Source: Phoronis australis | Lineage: Eukaryota; Animalia; Phoronida | DNA length: 64,000 nucleotides | Assembly (NCBI GenBank): GCA_002633005.1 | Contig: NMRA01000147.1 | Span: 434,001-498,000, forward strand | Direction of reading: 5' to 3' | Part shown: positions 1-13,100 of the stretch, piece after piece | Numbering within the stretch: position 1 is the stretch's first letter | How the letters are laid out: each line of letters begins with the position of its first letter | Notes under the pieces: model-generated | Told to the model about the DNA's origin: nothing | Databases searched by the model: none | What the model saw: the letters and a program-made list of their open reading frames with translations, nothing else | Translations under genes and position numbers: made by a program

Positions 1-176
1 GTTAACTGCGATGTTCATTGGCGCTGTTAACTTCGATCCAGGACCAGCATTCATACAGACTGCAATTCCCCCAAACCATAGACGCGTAGACGTAAGTATG
101 AAAGGCCCTTTAGTGTATTCACACTAACTAAACCACACTTTATAACTGTTACCCTCACAGCTGTTACTGTTTAAAC

Positions 177-421
177 CAGGGCTTGGAATGACCAATAAGA
201 AAAAAAGAAGAAAATTTTCCAGGTGATGTATCATTCCAGAAATACATCAGATTGCGTGATAGAAATTTTTGTTGTAAAATTTAACTGAAATAAACATTTT
301 TGGATGAATAAAGTCAAATCAATGATAAAAAAAGAAAAAAGATGAAACTGGAAATCAAATAAGACGAAGTCAAAACCAAAAAAGAGGAAATCCTCTTAAA
401 AGACGAAAATTCCAAGCCCGG
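177..421. mobile_element. Shorter element with the same CAGGGCTTGGAATGACCAAT / AATTCCAAGCCC ends
   Basis: Termini shared with 8785-9283, different interior. Confidence 0.7.
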
Positions 422-926
422 TATTACGCTGATTGTGATTTTATACCCTGTTCACACCAAAGTGGTATAAATTTTAAAACTGATTTAAGAGTTATAACTC
501 TCGGCGTGAACACTTTAAAACTGCATTTAAAAGATATAACTGCAGCGCGGTTATAATGTTCTGTGAGGTTTGGTGAGAGGTTATAACCGGTGTAACTCGG
601 TATGAACACGGCAGTTGGTTAAGTTATAACTGTCTAATCTCTCAGGAAACAATGGCGCACAGAGGCAGCTGTTGTGAATCAGAAAGCAATAGCACTGACA
701 ACTAGTGACTAAAATCACAAACTAGGGTTACGGTTTTAACTGTTGGTGGGAACGATAACGATTACATACCAGTTACTATAGAAAGAGTTACGACCCGGTT
801 TAGTTGGCTTAAATGAAATTTTAATTGGTCTGAACACGTCTTTTGTCGTCAGAGGACAGTGCCATTCAGTTTGTTCCGTATACACTGTGTTATGACTTTT
901 TACAACTGCAATGACCATTCACACAG

Positions 927-1103
927 TTACAATACACTACAACAACCACAGCTTCCTGGTGTGCCATGCAGTACCTTGTCAGCTATACTGGATGAGTCCT
1001 CAATGAATGACGTGTTTAGTCCCCTGGTGGCATCTACCGTAGTGACATCTGCTGGTGAACGTTCATTGGACAGGAAATAGGACATCAGCACTTCCTTGGC
1101 TTC
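927..1103 (-). CDS. mxt: Mextli-like exon 16 (EAKEVLMSYFLSNERS...IADK); either reads to the stop at 927 or splices at 975
   Basis: ttcacccag acceptor; EAKEVLMSYF resembles Mextli VAKLVLDDYF; possible donor AAG|GTACTG at 975/974. Confidence 0.75.
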   Translation of the reverse strand, partial: EAKEVLMSYFLSNERSPADVTTVDATRGLNTSFIEDSSSIADKVLHGTPGSCGCCSVL

Positions 1104-4100
1104 CTGGGTGAAGAAAACATGGAATCGGAGCCTTCCTGAACTCAGAGGAAGTACAGTTTGACGGAGGTATGATAGCCCAAAATTATTTCCCAGAGAAGCA
1201 AATCTTTCAAGACAAGTGATTTTAATCAATGTTTTGTAATTATATTTATAAATCGGTTGAATACATGACACTTGTTGTTATTAACAATCTTTATTCCGTT
1301 CCGTTCGTATCCTCGGAACAAAGTTCGACACTCACAGAACTTTGGTGAAGCAACTGACCAATAGACATGATTGAACGACGCATGATATTTACAAATACGT
1401 AAAAACACCATGACACACAAAATTTTAAATTCTAAGTCGGTTTTCAAAACCTGCATTCACCCAGTTTATAGTTGAACTTATGAACCCGCTCAGCATGATA
1501 TTACTATTGTTTTTCATACAATAGCAGACTTTGCGAGCAAATATACAATGCTGTGCTAATGAACGATTCAACTGGATTTAAACAAAAATTAATCAGCAAC
1601 AATAATATAATAGACAAAGTAAACTTTCAGTCTCACTACAAATCACACGGGTCATAGTCCCAAAAACAAAAAAATACAAGTCTTGTAGGTGACAATTCCA
1701 ACATAAACTGACTGAAGTGAAGAAACCAGATATACTCGTTATCCAATCATGACACTTGCCGAACCAATGACAAGCGTCGAGAACTTTTGCATACCTTAAT
1801 GAGCTGTCTGTTTGGACAGGTGAGAACGAGGAATTCATTTCCTACTTGTACCTTGTAGTGAAATACGACACTGTCACTCTGAAATAGAACATTCAAGCTG
1901 ACGATACTACCACACTAACATTATGTAATAGCACAGCTTATTGAAAAGACGACACTGTCGCTCTCCAACAGTTGAGTCCATTGATACGACAATGCTGTCA
2001 ATCTGACATCGAATAGCATATTAATACGACACTGCCACAGCTGTGACAGAAGAGCATGTTGATACAACGACACCATACTTTCAAATAGAGCACATTGATA
2101 CAAGGACACTATCACTCTGAGATGGAAGAGCACATTGATACAACGATACCATAACTCCGAAATAAATTAAGACCATGTTGATAAAATGACACAGTCATTC
2201 TGAAATAGAGGAGCTATTAAATACGCCGATACGTACTGGCGCCCATCTCTGTTCACTAATCCCCAAACACATCAATGGCAAGTGTGCTGGGAATTTCAAA
2301 AATAAGCTCACCCAACTGTTTGCATGTTTTGAAAATCTGATGGATTGTTCTAAAATATATAATGCAACAATTTTGTTTTGATGTAAAAATTTAGGCAAGA
2401 CTTTATATTTTGGGATTGCGATTTCACTCAAATGACTATCATTTAGGGATCATTTAGGGTGACTGTTCATTCTAAACATAGAACTGTAGCCCTCAATGCC
2501 AACTCCTGGACGTGACCAATGTATTCTATTATTAAAGCTTGCAACCCCGAGACTAGCCGCGAGAGTTTGCACTAAGAATTTCCATCAGTCTGCTAAACTG
2601 AGTTTTGATCAAGAGTTTTAGTTATCAAATCAAGCCTAATTTCATTGCTTCATTTTCACAGTTTTGTTCACCAAGCAAGACTATAGCGCTGAAACTTAGT
2701 GTAGACAACCATGCAGCTATTTCCCGGGAAAATTAGTCAACAAACTGACCCGTGGCCCTGGCCGATACCGGTAACAGCCTGATCTTTTCATGTCCAATTT
2801 TAGAACCACTTTCGACAACACAACCTATCAAACTAAATGCTATTAGTTTTTCAATAAGACATTTTTGGGTGTTACAATTAAGTTACACTAGTGTTCTAGG
2901 GAATGAACTGACTTTTGATTTCTGAGTATTTGTTCTAAAACTATAAATGAAAAGTTTAGGCCCTACTTACAGGTGTGTTTATTTAACTTTTGAAAAACTA
3001 CTCGTACTTGCGTAGCTAATTGTTTTTTGTGTTTGTGTTTGCATCAATTATTACTGTTTTCAAATGTTTCTGAAATAATATATTTGAGCAATACTTACCT
3101 GTTGCCCAAATACTTTTTTGTTAATTCGATTTCTGAGCAAAATTTAAAAAATAAACGGTTTACCTAGCAAAAAAACAACCCATTACTTGGTGTTGCTGAC
3201 ACTGTACACTGTACTTGCCAACTGCCCCGCTCTTGGCAGCAGACGGTCTCACCTTTTGAAATTTTCCCGCTATACCATCCACATGTCCCGCTTTTTGACA
3301 TATGACAACACTGACACATAATCATATAGTACTGTAACTTCCTATGCGAATAAAGCACTATTTTACCGTTTGACTAAAGAGAAAAAACGGTACGTTTCAC
3401 GGGTATTTGAGGCACACGAAATTGCCTATGTGACTTAAAAAAAGATTTTTGTGCGTTGAGGCAAACATTTCACACTTGCGTTTTGGCAAAAACCCAGTTG
3501 CCCCACTTTGTATCCGGACGTCCTGCTTTCGATCCAGTTGTTCCATTTTTCATTCTCAGATGTTGACAACTATGGAACAGGTGCTTATTAGTCTTTTCGT
3601 CATGAACATTGAAATTTTCCAAAGTCCACTTTTTCTTTAGTAACATATCAATCATCACAACATCCGAAATCAGGATAGTGTCACCTCACCAATAGATGCC
3701 TGTATTCAAAATTTTATAAGGTAAACGTAAAATCTAAAATTGCCACCAGGGGGCATAACAGTAGTCAGATCCGTCCAAAAGTCGTCGTTGTTCTTTGTCA
3801 ACATCATATAAATAAATGCTTGTTCAATTTAGTAAAGATCCTGCAAACAGTTAAGGAGATATAGCCATAGGCGCAAAAGAACTGCCACTAGGAGGCACCA
3901 CAGTAGTTGAAGTCATCGGAAAATCATCATCAACCGTCCTCTTCATAGTAAGAACATACATGCCAATTTTCACAATCATTCTTAGAGCGGTTTGGTTGAT
4001 AGAGGGGTGGACACTAAAAAACAGACTCGAAAACAGTAAAAATGACCACTAGGTGGTGCAAACTACGTCAAATCCATCCGAAAACGGGAGGATACCGTCG

Positions 4101-7100
4101 ACTCACTAATAAATGCCTATATACCAAATTTTGTGAAAATATGTTGAAGACTTTTGAAGATACAGAGGTAAACGTAAAAAACTAAAATTGCCACTAGGGG
4201 GCACACCGGTAGTCGGATCCATCAGAAACTTCGCTCATGTTGTCCCATCCATGAAAGGAATACACGTGCAAAATTTCATGAACATACGTAGACAGGTTTT
4301 GGAGATAGAGCAGCGGATGCCGGACGGACGCCGCCCGGATGGATGGACAGACAGAGATGACAGCATAATGCGTCCACATATAAATATGTGGGCGCATAAC
4401 AATGAGTTCCTATATTTCTTGTTTACAGTAATACATACTGTATGTATCAGGACCATTAATTTTTACTTTCTGAAGAAATAACTTTCTTTACGAACTACTT
4501 ATGGAAAATCCTACACTACAGCCTATATTAATAATCTATCCAAAGACAGTACATTTCAAACCCACACAATAGATGTTTACTCAATATTATCTATCAGAAA
4601 GTCTTTATTTGCAAATTTCGTATAAGCAGAGTAATTAGTTAACTATCACATTTTTGTAAATGTCACACCATACTGAATTTTTACTGATCAAAGGTCCAAT
4701 TAATGGATAGTTTTGGATGAATGCCAGACTAAAATCTTCACAGCAACTGTGAGGGATCCATATTCTGAAATATTTGCCTTGACAGGGCAGAAATCTGTTG
4801 AATCATTGAAATTATATCCCTGCTGGTTTAATTAGTCATTGCCTCTGATTCATTTCCTGTTTTATGCTACTTAAGTGTAACAGGAATGATCTCATCTCTG
4901 TCTCTGTATTAGCACGACACCTGTCGGTCATCGTCGAAGGTAGTGTATTCTTTGATTTTGGTCATACCTTATTTGGTCATGGTCCTTTTATTCCAAGGAC
5001 TTTAACTGGGTGACTTATCATTGGCCCATTTTGTCATGTGACGCCCTCTACAAATAGTGGGCCACCTCGTGGTTTCAAGAGTTCAGTCACTTTTTCTAGC
5101 ATCATACAGACATGACATTTCAGCTCAACCAAATTCAACCGAGATGGTGCTCACAGTTACGAATGTGCAAGTCCACAACGGTTTAGGCCCTTAAACTCTC
5201 AGCTATACCTCCAAATTCATCCTCCGTTTCCTCCAAAATCAAGTGATCGTTACCGCGCTTTCCCTGCAAAACGCTAGGGCTTGTTTGTCTATCAAAATGC
5301 ATCAATCGCAAATGCACTCTCCCAGCATTTCCATCTCAGAGCAAAGACCGACGATGCCTGATAGCAAAACTCAGGATTGTTTGTGAGTAAACGTACCAGT
5401 GTTTGTACTGTTTTGTTTAGTTATTAATAAATACTTCATACTATATACCAAAACTAATGGTGATTGTTTTCATCAACTTAAAAGTTCGCTTGTTTTACTG
5501 AAATTATTTCACGTATCCTGACCAGGCTTGATAATGAGACGTGCATGTCAGCGTCCCAATTATGCTACTACACCCGTTATTTTTCGCATTTAAGAAACAA
5601 AAACTATACCTGTCAGGTATGCGAAATGATGATTATTCATGAATTAAATTATGTATGGTTCGCCTCTGCTATAATCATATGCCATCAAGAACTGACGAAG
5701 TGCTTTCTAATGATATGACTAATATGCAATTCGGTTGAAAAACGGCGGAGTTGCGAAAAGTTTTAGTGACAGAAAATTCCATAGCAATAACCAACACCGG
5801 AACAAACAAATGCCACGTATGCGCAGCACAACCTCACCAGAAGAGTTCTATGTTCTAAAAAACTGCTTTCATAGACCTTGTCAATATCAGGCCTATTGTC
5901 TGTTAGCAAAACCCATGATTTACAACTGCCGGCAAAATTCAAAGTCAATATGTGGACTAGTTACCCCATCCAAACCCAAAATGTTGTTAACAAACCGTAC
6001 TTTGAAAACAGTCTTAAGTGAACAATTAATGATGATTAACTTCAAAACTGTTTGACAGTTAACGAAAATATCCACCCCCTCCCAGAAAAAAAAGTCTGGG
6101 TGTATACTTGGTTTCATTTAACGTTTTTGAAGACATCATGGGTCTATTATCGCAAATTCCTAACAAGTGTAAAAAACACGCAAAACAGGTAAATTCCTGA
6201 GCTGTAGGAGCTTTACATTTTTGTGAGTTACAATTTGTTACCCTATTTTTGGATTAAACGCTGTGCCTTTAAGGATGATTTAAAAAGGTGACTGTAAACA
6301 AACAAACTTACGTCATCCAGGACTGAAGAGGCAAATGTGGCGGTGACCGTTGGCAGAAGAGTTGTGTCTGCTTTACTCTAATAGGAAATGAAAAGTAACA
6401 ATAAAACGTAAAATCAGAGAAGCATGCACTTTTGCAGACATAACTGGTTAAACCCATAGTATACTTGTCAAAGGTTGAGAGAGTGCATTAAAATTGTGAA
6501 GAGAGAACACCCTCGCCTTTAACCAATCTTTGGCACAAACTATGTGACAGTCAGGTAGCAAGGCACATTAAAAACACATTGTTGATAGTAAGCCCTTAAT
6601 TAACAGCTAATGTCTACTCATCACCAGTTCATTAAGTCATGTTTTCCTAACATTAACTTTTTAAGTTGCTGTCAGAACATTAGACCCTGAAACAAACACA
6701 AGAACGACATTATCGTACAGCTAATAATGATGTAGATTAAGTAAATGTTCTTGAAACTTTTAATGAATTTTTGTATTAAGATGGCCATATGTGAAAGAAA
6801 CCCACAGCATGCCACAAAAATCCAGCTGCTGCCTGCTGGTTTGATAATAGCCCAACTGACATATCGCCAGAATATTGAGTGACAGCTTAATTGACCAATC
6901 AGAACGCAGCATTCTTGACACATCTTCAGACAAACAACACATTGTTTGGTAAAACTTATTGTTTGTTTGTTGACTTTTAGCAAAGGGCGGGGCTTGTGAT
7001 AGGTCAATTATGTTGCACACCCAGTAGAATTAATGAGAAGCAAAAATACTGGCAATAATGTTGTTAAAGTCACATTTCTTGTCTGACTTTCAAAATTCAA

Positions 7101-10100
7101 AACCTAGCCACGTGTACGTTTCATGAACTATTCAAATATTCTATCTAAAAACTTTCAAAATGAATAAAAATTTAAAAAATATTTTTATTGCCCAAGGTAT
7201 GTTTATGATGGGGCTGATTATCTAGTGAATAACATAAGCTGTTAGAGGAATCTAGAAATGATGTAATTGCCTACAACTGCATGGTGTCTTTGATGTTTGC
7301 GGCAGATTTCGCGGTACGCAAACCAGTCGATTTACCCAATCACAACTGGTGAGAGTGTCAATGTAGGATTCTTTTTACGGGTACAATAAAGTCCAAATAG
7401 TTGTCACCCTAATCAAAATCAGTTACCACTGACAAATCTCTAACATAGACAGCTTTCATTGCCTCAACAAGCCCTCTTACCCAATGTTTGCGAAATTGAG
7501 CACGTGCGCCCACTCAGAACAATGCATATGAACAAGATATGAACTATGAACAATTTCACGCTAAATGACGTTTTTACAATTCTTCTCAAATTATTACATA
7601 ATCTCATCGCTCAAATGCTCTATACATATTTGCATGCACCCAAGTACATTCTTACAACGCAGAAGCAAAATGACAACATGTTTGGTAGAAATTCCATCAA
7701 AGACCTAGCATGCCTACCTCTCCACATATAATGGACATGCTCTCCTGTCCCCCATCACTTATGCTGGACAGCTGTCCCACAGGAGCACAGGTATCTGCAG
7801 GTTTACCGACCCCGTACCACAGACTGGACCCGTGTTCAGAGCCTCCTGTTGGCATGACTGGTAGAACATTAATATCACCTGTTTGTTGCTGGATCTTGTC
7901 ATCGCATGGCAACTCACTGAGTGGAGATGCTCGAGAACAGCCAATACTGAGGAAATCATCAAGCTCTGTACAAGGCGTCTTATACTTGACATACTGAAAT
8001 TGTATTACCATAAGTCGGTACTGATATGGTGGACGAGTGAAATTTAATTCGTGAAATTTCTAAAGTAAAATAAAGTACAATGAAATTCTAGAATACGTTA
8101 ACCTCATTTGTACAACGTAGATGACTTAAGACAACACTTCACAAAGTTTCCATCATTTCCACAAAGGTATTCAGCCTTTAGAAATTAGAAATACGACAAC
8201 ATTGGCAATAGTGCACCAGTGAAGAACTGCTGTATGTGCATTCATTGGTAGAGCCAGGTCAGATGTACTATAAACCTTATTCATGCAGTCGCCATTTAAA
8301 AAAGCCTCTCTTTAGGTTTACAAAAAAAAAACATGCTTGAGACACAACTAAAAAATGGCATGTTGAAAATTACATTTTGCACTGCGATTAAGCACGGAAT
8401 GCATTGTTTTTAAAACCTAAAAGGAGGCTCTTTGCAATATGACGACTGCACGAATAAGGTGTATTCAAGTTGATTTAAATATATAGTGAAACATCACCTG
8501 GGGTCTGTATCATGAAAAGTGACACGAGACAGAAATTTTGTTCTTATGCGCCCACTTCACAATTGTCAAACAAACGTTTAGTCGCGTGATTGTTAGCACA
8601 GCATTGCCTGGAAATAATTTGTACACACTTTCTCAGTAAGCGGCAGTTATGGCTGTATTCTCAGATACTCTGCTCTTTTACTAAAAGTGAGTTTTAATTA
8701 TTTATCAGAAAGGGCCATGTGGAGCGTAAGACCAAGTGTCTGTCTTAAGTCACTTTTCATAAAGCAGACCCTTAGTAGTCAACTCAGGGCTTGGAATGAC
8801 CAATGACAAAAACACGGAAACTTTTACGGCCCAAATCATGCGCGCTACTCAGCCTTGAAATGGTCGATGTGAACTTTTCCCCGACAAAAATCGGGAAGAC
8901 TAAAAAAAAAAAACGTTACCACCATCAGTAGCATGCATCTGCGTCCTTTTAGCTCGTCCGTCCGCTCCCAACCCACACATTTTTGGCTGCAGAGCCATAG
9001 TATTTGTCGCCGCGGTTTACAATAACACGAGACGCCATTGAAAATCCCACCACGCTATCCCAGATGCCCCGGCAATGTTGACAATTCACGTTCCTCCGAA
9101 ACATAAAGAGCAACTTCCGCTTTTCGAAGTGAACGTCGTCTGCAACGCCGCGGTAAGAAAGGAATTTGCCGTGGAAATTTTATATCAAATCCGATTTTTT
9201 TACGCAGAAATATAATAAAATGCGCGGACAGAACATTTGAAAAAAGCGGAAATCCGCGTTTCCGCGGAAAATTCCAAGCCCTGTCAACTCTAATGAAACC
9301 ATATTCAAGCTGACACTGGTATTGTAACAGCAAGCAGCAGTGATGCTATGAAGAAAAATTAACAAAAATGTAGCACACAACTAAATATATACGTTGGCAA
9401 CAAGTTTACTTAACCTTCTCCGGATTAACGTTCTTGTTCAACACATCGTCAATAACTTCCACTGCCTTCCTGTAATACGCAATATGTTAAATGTAACTTA
9501 AAGATTGTCTAGCTTACTCTATTCTGATTTTGGAAAAAAGTCAAATAATGCAAAAAATAAAAAATGCAAAACTAAAGTTTTACATATTAAGCCTTCATAT
9601 CTAGAAATATTTCATTTCAAGCTTTAATAGTGTTTCCCAAGTTTTTAATGTTCTGATATTAAACACAAAAAGCAGTGCACACAGTGGAATGTCAATTTTT
9701 ACGACAACGGAACAACAGTTAAGTATCCAGTGAACTTGAAACAACAGAAAGTCACGGCACCTGACAGAACTGTTTGACTTCCCGCTAATCATCACGGGCC
9801 ATACGTCAGAGCCTTGAAAAGGAAATCATTAACTAATGAAAAATAAATCAACTACGCAACCATAAAATCAATGACACTAATTGATCACACTCCATCTCTC
9901 AAACACATATAATTAACAAGCATTAATATTGTCTGCTTCAACTGATACCATTAAGAAAATAACAAACTCCGCAGAGGATTGCCAAATAACACGAATGTGA
10001 GTCAATAATCCTAATTAATATTATCGCTTTTAAAAGTTATTACTAAGACAAAGTGCTAACAGAAATTGCTCCACCTCTTCTCTCCTGGATGTCAATCGTC

Positions 10101-13100
10101 GTGCCGGTCAACTGGCCAACCACTTTCAGCCTGTCACCGGAAGGGCCCAGCACTGTGAGTGAATCGAACAATATCCACCAGTAGAGTTCAGCTCAACAAA
10201 GTGCAATTCAATCATGAAATTTGTAATCGAATACTTGTGCGAACATTCTCGACTCATCGGCATTGATTTAGACCAGTAACCCCATGTTATTAAAATGCGC
10301 ATCAAGCTTATGAATATATAACTCAAGCTTTAAAGACAAAATACGAACTGAGCACCAAGCCCATGACAACACTTAAAAAACAACATGCGAGTATTTCAAT
10401 TGTAACTTAAATCGTTTTACACAAACATAACATAAAAAGCATGAAATTCCAACTTACACCTGTCCATTTTTTCGGATTTCACGAAGATTTTATACTGGTA
10501 CTTAACATCAGGCAGTCTAAAAGGAAAATGAACAGAATTTAATTACAAAATGAACAATTACAAAATGAACAGAGTTCAATTACAAAATGAACAATTACAA
10601 AATGAACATAATTCAATTACAAAATGAACAGAATTCAATTACAAAAGGAACAGAATTCAATTACAAAAGGAACAGAATTCAATTACAAAATGAACAGAAT
10701 TCAATTACAAAATGAAAAGAATTCAATTACAAAAGGAACATAATTCAATTACAAAATGAACAGAATTCAATTACAAAATGAACAGAATTCAATTACAAAA
10801 TTATTGCTCATAACATTTGATAAAGACGTAGTATAAACTGTTCTCTCCAGTTTCTTCCAAAGCTTATTCGTAACAGAGCAGCTGATAAATGCAAATAATC
10901 AAGATAAAAATTGCCCACAGTGGACTTAAACCTTCTATGAACAGTCCACGTCATGTCAATGGAAGAAATAATACCTGCAGTACACAAGAAATAATACAAT
11001 CCATTTTTCATACTAAACAGGTTGTAAAAACAACCTAATGAAATTAAGACACCAACACCAACCTAACTGGTGCCAAGTTTTCTACCAGCCCCAAACCAAT
11101 AACATCCCCCGAGAACTTCGCACTGTCTCCACCAGGGGCTGCCAATCGCTGGTATTCCTCAGTCAGCGAGGGCAAGTGCTTAGATCTGGGGATCATAGTT
11201 GATATCGAAGAGACAGATGACACTTTGTGTTCAGAGGAGCTTCTTTTGCAGGGTGATGAAGTTGTTGGTCCAGCTGGCTTCTGTGAAAAAAAATTATTTA
11301 TGGTCATGCGAGCTTCTTTTGTAGGGAGATGAAGTTCTTGGTCAATTGGCTTCTGTGAAAGGATTTTATTTATGGTCAGAGGAACTTCTTTTGTAGGGTG
11401 ATGACGTTGGTCCAATTGGTTTCATCTGTGGAGATTTCTTTCAAGTTGTCACAGTTCTGTACCTTTTACAAAATTTCAAAAGAATTTCATTGAAATTCAT
11501 ATTTAAGTCATTTGAAAATAATTCTGAAGGGAACAAGACAGAAAATGACATCATCAACTTTTTTGACAATTACCATTTAAATTGTACTAGACCAAACTAA
11601 TCAGGGGATCAACCTGGCAGGGACATAACAGTTAGCTGAGGAACCTGCAGACCAGTTACAATGAAAGCAACTGCTGTTATGTACCAGACACTTATGAATG
11701 GTAGTTGGACTCGCAAATATGATAACTGCCTGAATTAGTTTTTCTTCAGATGGAGATAAGGAGGCTACACAGTTGGTCTCAGTTGCATCAAATAGTGTTT
11801 TCTACAATTTCAATTTAAAAATCAAGAAAAGTTTTACCAAAAATGACAAACCACACAAATCACAGTATCCTTTAAGTTTAAAAAACAAAAGACTAAAACA
11901 TTATATTGAAGATTGTATAATTTTGTAACTCCTACAGTCATTTCACCCTCTCCATGTCTGGACATGTGATGCGGTCCCCCATTAAAATTCCACTGCATTA
12001 TTCAAGATTATTCAGGGGTATAAGGTCTCTCTAGCGTACAGTTGTTTTTGTGGGAAGCAGTGCAAATTATTATGTCAGCAATGACTTCAATAGTAAATCT
12101 TTGAAGTGTGGTAGATAAATGGTCTGTGCAACAGTGTGCAGGATTCCACACAAAAGACTACTGGGAACGATTACAATAGACCAGACTGATTTGCATTGGT
12201 AAAGCTGGAGTTGAAACTAAATCAGAAATTTTTGTAATGCGAACGGACACGTTCAATTTCAACCATAGGTCATAAACAGTTCAAGAAAAGATAAACTAAA
12301 CCTTAACGGAAGGAAGCTTGACAAAGGACTCGCTGCATCGGTCGGCAACCAAGTGAATGGCACGGTTGCGATTACGTGAATCTCCAGTAACCTCAAACAC
12401 CACAATGGAGCTATCGTTGGTTTCTGAAAATCAACGAGAGAAAAATCACTTCCATGCCTATTCATTATAGCATCAACATTTCATATCTAAACTAAATAAA
12501 ATGCCATGAAACAAAGCATCAGCTCAAAATTAACTTAATTACACCAAATAATCTGTCACTGAAAAAAGGTTTTTCATAGTCTCGTTGAAGGTATGGTATA
12601 AACAGCACTTACTCAGAGACTAAAATGTTGTGATTTCATACGTTTTGGACTACTCTCTACAGTCCTTTGTCACCAACTGATGACGGGATGTCCAGGTTTC
12701 CTGCCGTTCTGTATGACGTCGTTGATAAGTGGAAGTTGCAATCCTTGATCTCAATTCATGGCAGGCTTGTTGGTCTTGATATATAAGGATTCCTTAACCT
12801 TCCTTGAGAACCAGTTCTCCTCTTTATGTGGCAAACATGCCAAGATCCTGGCTAAAGAGAACTGGTTCTCAAGGAAGGTTAAGGAATCCATATATATCAA
12901 GACTAACAAGCTTGCTATGAATTGAGATCAAGGATTGCAGCTTTCGCCTATCAATGACGTCATACTACTTCGGGAGAACAGAACGGCGGGAAACCTGGAC
13001 GTCCCGTCATCAGTCGTTGACAAAGGACTGTAAAGAGCAGTCCGAAACATACAAAACCACAACATTTTAGTCTCTAAATTGATTCTACTTAAACCAATCC

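Noticed and set aside
736-918. Additional Mextli exon
   Set aside because: Its phase does not fit the 974 donor (immediate stop), and it has no recognisable 4E-binding motif.
3091-3101. ATACTTACCTG, the U1 snRNA 5' end
   Set aside because: The downstream sequence does not continue as U1. It is simply a consensus donor site on the minus strand.
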